Below the pieces are notes generated by a model. That model saw only the letters and a list, made by a program, of their open reading frames with translations, searched no databases and was not told the DNA's origin. This document shows, piece after piece, positions 1-12,583 of a stretch of DNA of 64,000 nt (within the stretch, counting starts at the first letter, position 1; the number at the start of each line of letters is the position of its first letter). The position numbers were made by a program, and so were the translations under genes. The DNA comes from Octopus sinensis (Eukaryota): positions 159,340,001-159,404,000 of the forward strand of contig NC_042999.1 of the NCBI RefSeq assembly GCF_006345805.1. The letters run 5' to 3'.

Positions 1-2447
1 TAAAAATAAAGAAATAAATCACACTGGTTATCCGCAGTCTGTTTAACTATAAAAACGTTTTACATTGCTGTCAGAATTATACAAAGTTGATTTTTAAAGC
101 AGTAACGACCTTTACAAATCTACATAGATTATGATGCATACACGTTGTATATGTCTAGATAAAAATAAAGTTGTAAATCTTTGGAAAAAGTTGAGGCCTA
201 ACTTGAAATATAACTCAATATTCTTATTAAATTGTACAAACAGAATGCGAAAAGTTTGAAACTATATAAAAGATAGAAATTGAAAATATAATCATTTTGG
301 ACTGTAGAAGTCCAATACATGAAATGTACATGAGTGTTTAATACCGGAAGATTTAAAAGAAAACATATATATATATACTAAAATGTATACAGAATTAATT
401 TTCTTAAATAAAAACTATAATACAATTTTCACAGTAAAAATATTTAAATGATATAAAAATATGTAGGCTACTCACCTTATAATCTATATACTTTTAAAGG
501 TATTTTCCCGATATACAAACATTGACCACTCCAAGTATTTCAGAGTGCTGAACTGTATCCTTATGTATCACAGCAGGCAGCATAAAACTGCAGAACTAAA
601 GCAGATTACTAACATGATTAAAGAGACAAAAAAATGAGGTGGGTGGCTACCAAATATTTACAAAGAAATTCAAATAATCTCGGTGAAAAATTAATAGTAG
701 CTGAATAATTTGGCTCATAAAAAGTATCTTTTCGATTATGTATAATTACTGAAGCTGAAAAACAACTTCATTACATATGCACAGACTATGCCTGAAAACA
801 ATCCAACAAATACTCATTTTCATATGCTTTTACGATGGGGCAGCAGGAAAAAAAATGAAGGAAAATAAACGAACAAAATAGTAACTGAAAGGAATATTAT
901 CCCATTCATACCCTGCTTCCACTTCCCATCAGTACACATCAGTCATTCATATGTATATGTTGTATTGGCTGATAACTTTACGAGAAACAATGCAACAACT
1001 ATACAAAAGCAATGTAATTCCAGTTGCTCACGGCTTTCTTTAAACTCTTTATATTATCAATTGTTCGACCAGAATTGCTTATATCTAATTCATGTTTGGA
1101 CTAAACTAGGATGCCTGCCGGTAATAATGGGAATGAAAAACAAAAGATATTGCCACATGAAAAAAAACATACTTAAGTGTTATGATTGAAAAGTTGTATA
1201 GAAATAATCTTAACCGAGAAGAGTGTTAGGTGATGCAACAATTGTGAGGATTAGAAATAGGTTTAACAGCTGGTGATAACATAGCGCTAATATACTTTAC
1301 TTTCTTCTCTTTTATTTTCACCGCACTGAATCTACCAAGTTGCTGAAAAGTATGTATTATTCTTACTGCTGCTGACAGTTCTGTTGATTGTAAGAACTTC
1401 ACTGGCACACTTTGAATCTATTCACAATTAGTAACAATTCACAAATGAAGGGAAAATACATAAAAACGCTAAACAATTCCAGTTTTCATTAGAAAATCTA
1501 AAATCATTCTTTGAGTTTAGAGTCTTAAACGAGAATGAAAACTGAAGTCGTGACGTTCATGCATTTCATACTCTTTCAATAAAGGAAAGTACTTTTGTTG
1601 AACATAGGGTTACAGAAATAAAAATAAATTTGGAGTGTTTTCTCAAGGAGAAATTGCTTTAATCTGAATTTTTTTACATTATAGCTGGTATATAAAATAA
1701 AATTATAATTAAAAAATTACAGTGGGGAATTTTTCCGAAATGGTGAAGTATTTTATATCATTTATTTCCTCACACATTGTGAAATTAAATCCATAAAAAC
1801 TCAATTTTCATTTCACTTTCTTAATTCAGTCGGTGAAATATGTAGCTGTAATATACTGAAATTGATTATATTGACTGTACACATGAAGTTATTTTTACAT
1901 TGAAGGCAGAGTGCCAAAGAAGAAAATACCAATATGTCAAACAAATTCTGAAAGAGTTGACAAAACAAAAGAAAAAAACCGAAAATACCAGATATTCTGC
2001 TTGTTCAGTATTTTTAAAAGGAAAAGAAAATTGCGATATTTTCCTTTGTTAAATATATTGGGTTAGTAAATTCTATTGTTTGTTAAATGATAAATACAGC
2101 GTTTGGTATCCAATTAATAAATTATTCTGCAGACATGTTTTGTTTCTCCTGAATGAGTAAAATCATGAAGTTAATATTTAATTTCTGATATTTGGAGTAA
2201 CTTCTAAATGAAATATATGCTTTAGTCATTATGATTGCATCATTAAACAGTAACTAGGAATAAAATATTAATAGTTTCAGAAGCAAACATAATAGTAAAT
2301 ACGGTATTAGATTGTCGAGAAGTAAATATTTGTTGACATTTAATCTATAGAGAATAAATAAAAAAAAACAGTAATGCTATGAGTAGATAACACATCTGAT
2401 ATATAAATAAGCATATAAATATATGAAAGAATGTAGTTGAACGACGA

Positions 2448-2567
2448 ATTAACAAAATTCCTTTATTTTCGACATATGTTTCGAAGGCTGCATATTCCTA
2501 ATTGCGAAGGAATAAGGAGTATATTATGCCGCTTTCTCATCAGGAAAAGCAAGGAACTTATGTCAAC
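2448..2567 (-). ncRNA. Type I hammerhead ribozyme motif with intact core and extended stems
   Basis: Minus strand reads ttttc-CTGATGA-gaaagcggcata...tatgcagccttc-GAAAC-atat-GTC-gaaaa. Stem I ttttc/gaaaa continues as ttcctt/aaggaa and gttgaca/tgttaat. Stem II pairs 10 of 12 and has an inner hairpin tattcct/aggaata. Stem III is the palindrome acatatgt. Folded by eye. Confidence 0.85.
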
Positions 2568-3759
2568 ATCAAGATGCACAAAAAACTTTTAGATGACTGC
2601 TCACACGGAGCCCATATATGTTACATCGGTATCTGTAGTAGTGAAAACTGTTTTAGACAAAATTGTATCATAGTAAACACAAATTATTAGTATGAGTTAG
2701 TCTGCACCATTTGTATGTGTTGCAATGCATCACCATAAGCAGTACCAACACTAATACCAAACTAATGATGGAATTTGTAAGTAGTCACTCAACTTTCTAG
2801 AAATAGCTACATCTTTTCCAAATTGCATCTTACAATTTGAATGGGAAGGACGCATCGTATTGTGTAATTACAGTCTTAGTTACTCTATATTAGTAAAAAT
2901 TCATGCATTGCTCATGCTAGAAATAGTTTCGATCGTTGGTCAATTCAATCAATGAACTTAAGACTAAACAGCAAAATTTTTGTGTTAATAAGTTGACTTT
3001 GTAATCGCATAGTTCGCCAAGGGTATATTTTCATTCGTTCTAATATTTTTATTTATTTATTTAATTTTTTTAATTTTATCTAGTTTCAGCTCACGAGCTG
3101 TGGCCATGCTGGGGCACCGCCATTTAATCTCCATATTTTGCAAGGTTTTTATAACTTTATTAGAAACTAGCGTTGTTAGAGAACTGTACTTTAGCCGATG
3201 CTAGAACATAAAATCTTAACAATATATGATGATAATAAATTGAGTTAGCTTTAATTTACATTGCAAAGTAGTTGGTTGCTGAGGTGGGTTATAATAAGCG
3301 AAGACTAAAGCCTAGAGGAAACAGACTGTTGTAGTTTCTTCGTAAATTTTGTGTTTTGCTTCGTTTTGTAGTTATTTTGCTTCTAGAATATAAAATAGAT
3401 GAATGCCATATGTTTTTTTAGTTTTAATTACAAAATAAAACCTCATGAAATTCGAAATTGGGCTTACCCTCCTAACGTTAGGCTAGGCTTGTGTCCATCG
3501 TATACGTGTCTATGAGTATGTACGTGTATGTATTCCTGTTTATGTGTATGGTGAACAATAAAAAAACTGTATTAGGTAACTTAGACATTCAATTAATTTT
3601 CTCGAATTATATATGGATGCTAATGATAATATGATGCTATACAGGTACGAATACTGATGTCGAATAAAACTCCTGAAGACGGTGCTTTAGCATGGTTGAA
3701 GTTCCATAGCTGAAACCAGTAAAGGAATAACAAAAACTTTTGCTTTCTATTTTAGCGTC

Positions 3760-3840
3760 GTCATCATCATCATCATCATCCTTCTCATCCTCTTCTAGAT
3801 CAGCATCATTATCATCCTCATAATCATCATGATCATCATC
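3760..3840. repeat. Imperfect (CAT)n microsatellite
   Basis: Runs of catcatcat with interruptions. Confidence 0.8.
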
Positions 3841-5247
3841 AATATTTAATTAAGTGGATGTCATTATCCGTCTTACATACAATTTATTTCATATCAGTCT
3901 TTTACAATAAACTTAATCGAGGTTAATTATTCGTTGTATCCTTACCTAGTTTTATAAATATTCATAGCGTGACGTATGACGCCAGGAGCAACACGAACTT
4001 ACATCTAGAGCGTTGTCCCTAAAACACAATCTTTTATTGAAAAACATTAAGGAAATTTCACTACACAAAAATAATCTATAAGTCAATAATCTATTAATCA
4101 AAATAGTTCCACTTTTACTAATTATTTTGTTAAGTGTTGCAGAAAGAGGTAACTTTTTGGCTCGCAAATTAATCTTGTTTAATCTTCTGTACTTAGGTTT
4201 CATTTCTCATTCTCCCTAAATCTTTTTGGAAAATTGTGAAATTCACTCAATCTCATTTTCTTTCTCAAAACAGTTTGATAATCTTTGATTATATCTTAAG
4301 AGACATTTTTGTTTATATTTACCAGTAGCAATATATTGATAAGGACACTTTTTGTTTTTGAAAATTCATTTATGAAATATATACCAGTCTAAAAATATTT
4401 TTGAGTAATTCGGAAGTTTCAAAAAGTATCCGATAAATGTATCAATATGTTTCATTTATAATAATAAGTTTCAATAAAATATAGCACGAAAATGGAAGTG
4501 CCTAATCTACAAAAGTTTTAAAATAAGCAATTACAGATTAAACAGAGAAAATGTCAGAATATGTGACAACTTAAATTCAAATTTCGATAAAGATTAATAA
4601 TCTATTTACAACAGTAATTTTACAAAAATAGATTCTAAAATTGAAAGATATTGAAATATTGGCCAAATATTGATCGAAGAAAATAATTAGGACAAGAAAA
4701 AGAAAGAAATTAAATGCCAAAAGGGAGAAATGCTAAAAAAGTAGAAAAAAATAAACTTCTAAAAATAGAAACTGGGTTAAATATTTTAAGCGCTAACAAT
4801 ACAATTTGTCTTATATCGACTAATTGCGATTTTACTTTTTAGAGAGGATTAGAATACGCTGGAAACAAATCTTCTCTGCAAGTGATTAAGAAAATTATAG
4901 TTCCATCAGGGGAAATCATCGGTAGCAACTAAATTGCTGCTATAATTAATTGAGTCCTCGCTACGTTGGTTACCCAACTCTTACGTGTAATGGCATCATT
5001 CAAATTGTTTTTATCTGTAGAAATTAAATTGAAAAAGAAACGAAATATCGTACAGAATCTTAAATAATTAAAATGTTAACTTACCGTTTATGGTTAACCA
5101 CTATAATTTGTAAATAGAATTCTACGACGGAATTAAAAAACATTCGAGCACTTAACATTGTAAAGAGCGTGGAACAGTAAAATAATGGATACTCATGAGT
5201 GTGTGTGTGTTTGTTTTGAAAATACGTGTGTATATATTTATATATAT

Positions 5248-5640
5248 GGTGGTGGATGGAAGCATTCCGTCGGTTACGACGACGAGGGTTCCGGTTGATC
5301 CGATCAACGGAACAGCCTGCTCGTGAAATTAACGTGTAAGTGGCTGAGCACTCCACAGACACCTGTACCCTTAACGTAGTTCTCGGGGATATTCAGCGTG
5401 ACACAGAGAGTGACAAGGCCGGCCCTTTGAAATACAGGTACAACAGAAACAGGAAGTAAGAGTGAGAGAAAGTTGTGGTGAAAGAGTACAGCAGGGATCA
5501 CCACCATCCCCTGCCGGAGCCTCGTGGAGCTTTAGGTGTTTTCGCTCAATAAACACTCACAACGCCCGGTCTGGGAATCGAAACCGCGATCCTATGACCG
5601 CGAGTCCGCTGCCCTAACCACTGGGCCATTGCGCCTCCAC
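5248..5640 (-). mobile_element. tRNA-derived SINE, head A + tail X
   Basis: Reverse complement starts ggaggcgcaatggcccagtggttagg...ggtttcgattccc (A/B-box tRNA-like head). Near-identical to the copy at 8705-9089. Flanked by a 12-bp direct repeat atttatatatat (5236-5247 / 5641-5652). Confidence 0.9.
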
Positions 5641-5764
5641 ATTTATATATATATATATACTAATCTTCCCGTATCAACACATTTCATTCTGTTCCCTTGT
5701 GTCTCTAATATTCAAGAGAGTAGAATATTACCAAATAATGTTCTATAACAAATTTATTTCCCAA

Positions 5765-6535
5765 GGCGGCGAGCTGGCAGAAACGTTTGCACGCCGGGCG
5801 AAATACGTAGTCATATTTCGTCTGCCGTTACGTTCTCAGTTCAAATTTGGCCGCGGTCGACTTTGCCTTTCATCCTTTCGGGGTCGATTAAATACATACC
5901 ATTTACGCACTAGGGTCGATGTAATCGACTTAATCCGTTTGTCTGTCCTTGTTTGTCCCCTCTGTGTTTCGCCCCTTGTGGGTAGTAAAGAAATAGGTAT
6001 TTCGTTTGCCGTTACGTTCTGAGTTCAAATTTCGCCGATGTCAACTTTGCCTTTCATCATTTCGGGGTCGATTAAATAAATACCAGTTACGCACTGGGGT
6101 CGATATAATCGACTCAATCCGTTTGTCTGTCCTTGTTTGTCCCCTCTGTGTTTCGCCCCTTGTGGGTAGTAAAGAAATAGGTATTTCATCTGCCATTACG
6201 GTCTGAGTTCAAATTCCGCCGAGGTCTACTTTGCCTTTCATCCTTTCGGGTCGATAAATTAAGTACCAGTTACGCACTGGGGTCGATATCATCGACTTAA
6301 TACGTTTATCTGTCCTTGTTTATCCCCTCTGTGTTTCGCCACTTGTGGGTAGTAAAGAAATATGTATTTCGTCTAACTTTATGTTCTGAGTTCAAATTCC
6401 GCCGAGATAGACTTTGTCTTTCTTCCTTTCGGGGTCGGAAAATCAAGTACCAGTTGCGTACCAGTACGCAACTGGTACTTGATTTTCGATCTAAACGACT
6501 GTCCCCCTCCCCAAAAATTTAGCCTGGAGTAGAAA
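5765..6535 (+). mobile_element. Deu/Nin-domain-like SINE (family C) amplified as four tandem ~183-bp units
   Basis: One head ggcggcgagctggcagaaacg, then four repeats of tatttcgtctgccgttacg...ctttgcctttcatcctttcggggtcgat...aagtaccag...gtgggtagtaaagaaatag. The cctttcatccttt...ggtcgat...agtaccag motif resembles the Deu/Nin SINE core. Confidence 0.85.
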
Positions 6536-7233
6536 AGTATATTGCCTTCCAGGTGAGCTGCCAACATTCTGAAAATATAGCTGAAGTAGTTTTTGCATTT
6601 CTAAAGATATTGTCTGAGTGAATTTTTCTTGCCTCCGTCACCTAACCAGGTATTGTTTTCTAGGTGATTCAGTACAAGTATAAATTCATGAGTGCTAATT
6701 ATATTTGTGAATCCTAGGGAAAGTTTTCCTTATGCCTTCAGTTCTTATCGTAGCAGTGAATTTCTTGCCGATTACAAGGAACAGTTGTGGATCTCTTGTA
6801 ATTATTATTCTTCTCCTCTTTTTATGTATTATTTGTTTTGACAGTATTATATTACATTCTTCCATATTACCCTCTAGTACACTTGATCGTCCGTGAAGCT
6901 GATGCATAATCCTGTTTTAAACCGACTATGTCTGACATGCAAAACGCCTGTAAATTTAAAGGAAGTGCAGTGAAAATAGTCAATTACGCTGCCTCTCGTG
7001 TTCTGTATAATATATAGTGAATTGAGAATATCATTACGCCAACAGACACGAATTGCTTTATTATCATTTCTTTATAGTTAATCAATCGGTTAAATATTTT
7101 ACCAACTTCCTAATCAATCATTTGTTTAATGTAGTGATTAAACAACCAACACAAAAAAAAAAACGATTGGTTTGTTGGTTAGATATTTGGCCGATTGACT
7201 CACAATAAAGGAGTGATATTAAACCAATTCGTG

Positions 7234-7234
<1 letters not shown>

Positions 7235-7299
<65 letters not shown>

Positions 7300-7490
7300 G
7301 AGTGAGAGAGCAGTGCATGCCATCAAAGTGACACTAGGGTACAAATATACGAAGCCCAGTATACCCATCATGACTACCCGTTCTGATAAGGGTACACTAG
7401 GCACATGATAGATAGATAGATAGATAGATACATACATACATACATTGGTAGGTAGGTAGGTAGGTAGGTAGGTAGGTAGGTAGGTAGGTG
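7235..7490. repeat. (ATT)n tract, short repeat-tail fragment, then (GATA)n/(GGTA)n tracts
   Basis: Pure (tta)n at 7235-7299, about 110 bp of non-repetitive sequence, then tetranucleotide runs at 7408-7490. Confidence 0.8.
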
Positions 7491-7509
7491 TGTTGGATAG
7501 ATAGACAGT

Positions 7510-7582
7510 GTCGTGGGATGTGTGCGGGATGTTGTGCAGGATGCTGTGCAGGATGCTGTGCGGGATTCTGTGCGGGATGCTG
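7510..7582. repeat. ~12-bp minisatellite (gtgcgggatgct-like)
   Basis: About six degenerate units of tgtgc(g/a)ggat(g)(c/t). Confidence 0.7.
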
Positions 7583-7629
7583 TATGTGTGTTGGCAGCTA
7601 CCGTCTACTTAGAATTTGTAGTAAGTGAG

Positions 7630-7870
7630 GGCGCTTAGCCTATTGGTTTGGCTGTTGCACTCACGATCGAAGAACAGGGTTTCCTTTGCTGACCCAGGTG
7701 GTAAGTGGTGTTCTTGAGCAAAACACTTCATCTCACATTGCTCTGCTATCACTTTGACACCTGCTGGCGTTTGGTACATTGTGCACCTGTTCAGGTAAAG
7801 TCGAATTAGTGGAAAGAGTGAGCTACTGTACAGCATATACATTTGCTCATTATGAACAAATAGCTTGTGT
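7630..7870 (+). mobile_element. Degenerate SINE with D-like head
   Basis: gtgttcttgagcaaaacacttcatctcacattgct matches the D-head core seen at 28.5, 42.2 and 54.9 kb. Confidence 0.5.
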
Positions 7871-8406
7871 CAGTTCCGCAATAAATTGCGGCGGACTACG
7901 AGAGACTACCATCATCGTCTTAGTTTTGGTAACAAGAAGATATGCACCTTGATACACCTTGATATTCAATTTTCATTTTCATTTTGAATCTCTTTTAATT
8001 CATTGATTTGGTATTATATGAATGCAGCTTATATGAAATATGTGAAGATACCAAGTTCTTTTGCACCCGTTGTTTTCTTTGGGCGATTTCCAACGATGCT
8101 GAGTCAGGTAGAATCTGTAAATGATTTAATAAACTTATCGTGCACTAACTGAAGTAGTATGAAATTGTATTTATTGCTGTCTTTCTGCGTGTTATTTAAT
8201 TTTTTCATGTTTTTAACTGTACTGTGAGAGCCGTATGTTTAGAACTCCTAGTTTTTTTTTGTTTTTGTTTTTGTTTTTGTGTTTCGGCTTGTCTGTGTTA
8301 ATGTATTTATTATTTTATGAAATCTGGTATATTTAGCAATATTTCATGTTTTGATGATGATTTCAGAACATATTAGGGATTGTTGCAGTTGCTATTTTCG
8401 TTGTTA

Positions 8407-9210
8407 TTTAGTCCACAGTCGAACCAATTCTACTATATGGCTCAGAAACTTGAGAGGCGGTTGGATGGAACCTACACTCGCCTCCTTATGAGAGCTCAAA
8501 ATCTCTCGTGGAAGCGTCATCCAACCGAAATGCAAATATATGGGAAACTACCACCTGTGTTATCTCTTGTGAAAAGTAGGAGAGTCCAGTTTGCTGGACA
8601 TTGTTGTAGAGCTGAAAAAGAAGTAATTTCTACTCTTCTCCTCTGGAAGCCATCTACTCGCAATACCAGAGGGCGCACACTCTTCTACCATGATGTAATC
8701 TCCAGGAGGCGCAATGGCCCAGTGGTTAGGGCAGCGAACTCGCGGTCGGAGGATCGCGGTTTCGATTCCCAGACCGGACATTGTGAGTGTTTATTGAGCG
8801 AAAACACCTAAAAGCTCCACGCGGCTCCGGCAGGGGGTGGTAGTGAACCCTGCTGTACTCTTTCACCACAACTTTCTCTCGCTCTTTCTTCCTGTTTCTC
8901 TTGTACCTGTATTTCAAAGGGCCAGCCTTGTCACATTCTGTGTGTCACGCTGAATCTCCTCGAGAACAACGTTAAGGGTACACGTGTCTGTGGAGTGCTC
9001 GGCCACTTGCACGTTAATATCACGAGCAAGCTGTTCCGTTGATCGTATCAGCTGGGACCCTCATCGTCGCAACCGACGGAGTGCTCCTATAATCTCCAGG
9101 GATACAGGCATCCAGCAACAGGACCTCCGTAATGCTATGATGGACCGTGAAGTCTGGCGTAGCATGCTAAATTCCAATGTCTCGACCACGGTCGAACAAT
9201 GATGATGATT
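8407..9210 (+). mobile_element. 3' end of an RTE-clade LINE, split by a SINE insertion
   Basis: Joining across the SINE restores ...SRRVQFAGHCCRAEKEVISTLLLWKPSTRNTRGRTLFYHDVISR|DTGIQQQDLRNAMMDREVWR..., an RTE C-terminal pattern (R-x-x-F/W-A-G-H ... D-R-x-x-W-R). Followed by a (tga)n tail. Confidence 0.85.
8705..9089 (+). mobile_element. tRNA-derived SINE, head A + tail X, with 11-bp TSD
   Basis: TSD taatctccagg at 8696-8706 and 9090-9100. Full-length match to 5248-5640. Confidence 0.92.
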
Positions 9211-10429
9211 AGTCCTAAGTCGGCCCTGATAGAGCAGGCCCATGATCAACGACATATCATTGCCTTTGCCATCTTTTTCTTATATATTATCTTATATAGA
9301 ATCCAATGTTACCTTTGTTGGATGTAATTTGGAAAAGATTTGACTACTAGGCTGAACGCCATCATAGTCATTTCTGAAAGAGTACTACAGTCAATGTGGC
9401 TTTTGGGCCGTGGTTATTGCTAGTCAGAAAAGAGATGACGAATTTGGTAGGTGTTAAATATAATCTGTGTACTATTGCGCTTGCACGAAGGGCGTGTCAG
9501 ATAGATCGGTGCGGTAGTTTTGGGATAGCGCATACTGCATGTAATTTCCTCTCAGCTTTCAGTTGTTGCAGGAAGGCGAAAATAAGAACTGAGTCCCAAA
9601 GACTCCTTTAGTAAATACACAGCGTATCTACTACTTAGACTCTTACCGTTCCTTTACATAGCCGCGCACGGAGAGGAAGAATAGACTCCAGACATAAGGC
9701 AGGTAAGCACACTGGGATGTGGACATGCTCTGGCGTTGTTATTTGTATATTCTAGTTGGGCAACCAGATTAGTGAGTTATAATGTTTGCTGGTACCTGTC
9801 CCGGTCTTTACAGAATGAATACAACAGGGTAATCGATAAATAAAGCATCAATCCAATATTAAATTGGCAACCTCTCTCGCTTACTCGCCTTTTTTCTCTT
9901 TCTTTCTCTCTCACTCCCTTCCCCCCTCTCTCTCTATCTCTCTCTCTCTCTTTCCAATCAACTCTGGTCAGACCTTGAAAAAGATGAAATTCCCCAGATT
10001 TTAGAAGGAAATGTTAAGACCGTTTGTAAGTATGTTTGGGGAAGGAGAGTGTGTGCCTGCGTAGTAGTAACTGATTTTAGAGAATCTAAATGTAAAAGGA
10101 ATCCACTTCCTGACCCCGTAATATGAAACACTTATTTTGACGGGTTAGGTTGTTGATGTAAAGGACTTTTTACGAGATTTCATTGCTTACTTTGCTTTTT
10201 ATACACACATTCGTTTGTTTTCTGGTTTTCTTTTGCTTATTTTCAGTGTTTTATTTCTAAGAGCTGACAAGTTTCATTTCTGTTGTACGTGGTGTTAGTG
10301 AGGTTATTTTTAATATTCGATTGGTCACCTTCATGTACGTAGTTACGGATTTATGCATGTTTAGTTGCGGAATATATATACATATGTACATATATGAGTT
10401 TCTGTATACATACATATATACATATGTAC

Positions 10430-10602
10430 TGTTGTGTCGACGCCCCCAGACGATGAAGTAGACTAGCCCAATATGTAGATATGGAGGGAGACGTTTAGAC
10501 GTCGAGACGTCAGAGTAAAGACGAGGGCAGTAGAGCGCAATGGTAAACTAGAACAGAGGAGAGTAGAGTTAAGTAGAAGGCATCCGAACGTGCGACATAA
10601 CA
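10430..10602. mobile_element. 173-bp element with TGT...ACA inverted termini (solo-LTR/TRIM-like)
   Basis: Termini tgttgtgtcg and cgacataaca pair 9 of 10. No clean TSD; embedded in (ATAC)n. Confidence 0.4.
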
Positions 10603-11042
10603 CATACATACATACATATATACATACATAGATACGAACATATATACATACATAGATACGAACATATATACATACATACATACGAACATACATACATACG
10701 AACATATATACATACATACATACATACATACGAACATATATACATACATACATACATATGAACATACAAACATACATACATACATACATACATACATACA
10801 TACATACATACATACATACATACATACGAACATATATACATACATATCAACATACATACATACATGCATGCATGCATACATACATACATACGAACATATA
10901 TACATACATACATACATACATACATACGAACATATATACATACATACATACGAACATACATACATGCATGCATACATACATACATAGATACATACATACA
11001 TACATACATACATACATACATACATACATACATACATACATG
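10603..11042. repeat. Compound (ATAC)n microsatellite with recurring acgaacatat variants
   Basis: About 440 bp of catacata repeats. It is the source of the MYVC/HTYI pseudo-ORFs. Confidence 0.95.
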
Positions 11043-11800
11043 TGTTATCCACATCCTAAGCAGTTATCCAAAAGTGTTTTAGGGGTGTCACCTATCGATG
11101 ATACATGATGTTGAAGTCAAGACACAGTATAATGAGATCCGTGGGAAGGATAATCCCGAGGCCAAATAGTTAATAAGCACAGTATGGCAGAGGTCATAGT
11201 CACTCATAATATGAAAGAATACTAGTGGAATGTCCCAGTGTAACATTCAACAGAATGTAAACATAATAGAACTGATATAAGGATTTGGGGAGTGAGAATA
11301 AGAAACAGTGTACAGTAGCGGAAATAAGTTGCCAAGCGGATGTTAACATAAAGCTAAAGAGCAACAAAAATGAAAACACCTCCGCTGAACTATTGAGAAA
11401 CTTACAGTTACTCTATGACAAATTCAGGTTTATACCTGTAATAATTGAGGCACTAGAGCAGTGGTTCCCAAACTATGAGTCGCGACCCACAGATGGGTCG
11501 CGAACGGAATCTTAGTGGGTCGCAAAAAGTTATAAAATTACGCATTGGCTTTGATTAACTGCTGTCTATCGAGATAGTTCAAGACTTACTCAGTAGAGTT
11601 AAGTGGGTCGTCATAAACCGGTGTGATAAATAGTGGGTCGCGACTCTAAAAAGTTTGGGAACCACTGCACTAGACTATGTAATAAATTGCTTAAGCATTA
11701 ATCTTGAGAAATTAGGCTTCTGAAATCCAGAAAGGAGAATGCTGATTTGATGATTACAGATCTAGGTCATCCATGAAACTATAAAATGTGGAAAAATTTG
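11043..11800 (+). mobile_element. Degraded 3' end of an RLE-type (R4/Dong/NeSL-like) non-LTR retrotransposon
   Basis: Broken frames give HILSS(Y/C)PK...HDV (zinc-knuckle remnant), WNVPV...CKHNRTDIRIW...VAEISCQADVNIKLK (PD-(D/E)xK endonuclease remnant) and FRFIPVIIEAL|(MITE)|..LEKLGF. Confidence 0.75.
11459..11667. mobile_element. hAT-type MITE, 209 bp
   Basis: TIRs cagtggttcccaaact / agtttgggaaccactg. 8-bp TSD cactagag / cactagac (7 of 8). Confidence 0.9.
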
Positions 11801-12298
11801 TCATTTAACTATATATGCGCATGTCTAGATACGTAACTATATGCATGAGGATACGTACATAAAACAAAACATACAAATTTGCACATGCACTGACACATGC
11901 ACAAATATCTTGTTGAAGATGTTGAAATTCCAACGATGGAGACTTAGATCTTTCTCTATTGGTAAGAAACTTTGAAATAAAACTGAATTACATACATACT
12001 GAATTCATAACTCTGTGCTGTCGAATACATTGAACAGAGATTTATGGGAGTATTTCAGTGGCTTCTTTTGAAGTCTGAAAGGTTTTGTGCTTATTGTGGG
12101 TGTCATGATAATAAAACGGTTACTGGAAGAGAGTTAATAATTCGGATAGTTTAGCGTGTAGAGAAGCAAGTAATATCAGAAGAGAAGTGAATGTATGTAT
12201 GATTTACGTTTTGGGATTATTTAGGTATATTGGTCACCTTGAGTGTCTGTATAATGTAAAGATAGTCTACTAATCTAGTTCCACTTGTGTTTTATATA

Positions 12299-12329
<31 letters not shown>

Positions 12330-12402
12330 ATATTAGGGAATGAATCCAAAATTACAGGGAAAAATCAGATTTAGGGTTAAATCCAATTTTATAGTAAAAT
12401 AT

Positions 12403-12583
12403 TATATAATATAATTCGAGACAAAACCACTATTTTAAAACCAAACAAGAAAAGACTTAATCAATACATAAAATTTTAATATAAATTAAATAAATAAATA
12501 TTTATATTAAAATTTTATGTATTGATTAAGTCTTTTTTTGTTTGGTTTTAAAATAGTGGTTTTGTCTTGAATTATATTATATA
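12403..12583. repeat. Long fold-back palindrome, ~84-bp arms with 13-nt spacer
   Basis: Left arm tatataatataattcgagacaaaacc...ttttaatataaat is mirrored from 12500. Two mismatches seen. Confidence 0.95.

Noticed and set aside
3665-3730. CTGAAGA...GAAAC-ca-GTA hammerhead-like string on the plus strand
   Set aside because: Core present, but stem I does not pair in register and the stem II closing pair is a mismatch. At best a decayed copy.
3950-4760. 83-aa minus ORF and AT-rich quasi-coding stretch
   Set aside because: No recognisable domain; composition is explainable by AT richness.
6560-6950. Minus-strand Lys/Arg/Ile-rich ORF possibly from a LINE
   Set aside because: No diagnostic motif recognised; needs a protein-level repeat search.
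10463-11108. Long ORFs (MYVCMYVC / HTYIHTYI), and similar ones at 21.6-22.3, 26.3-26.8, 39.1, 41.0, 44.4 and 53.9 kb
   Set aside because: Translations of microsatellites that lack stop codons; no coding signal.
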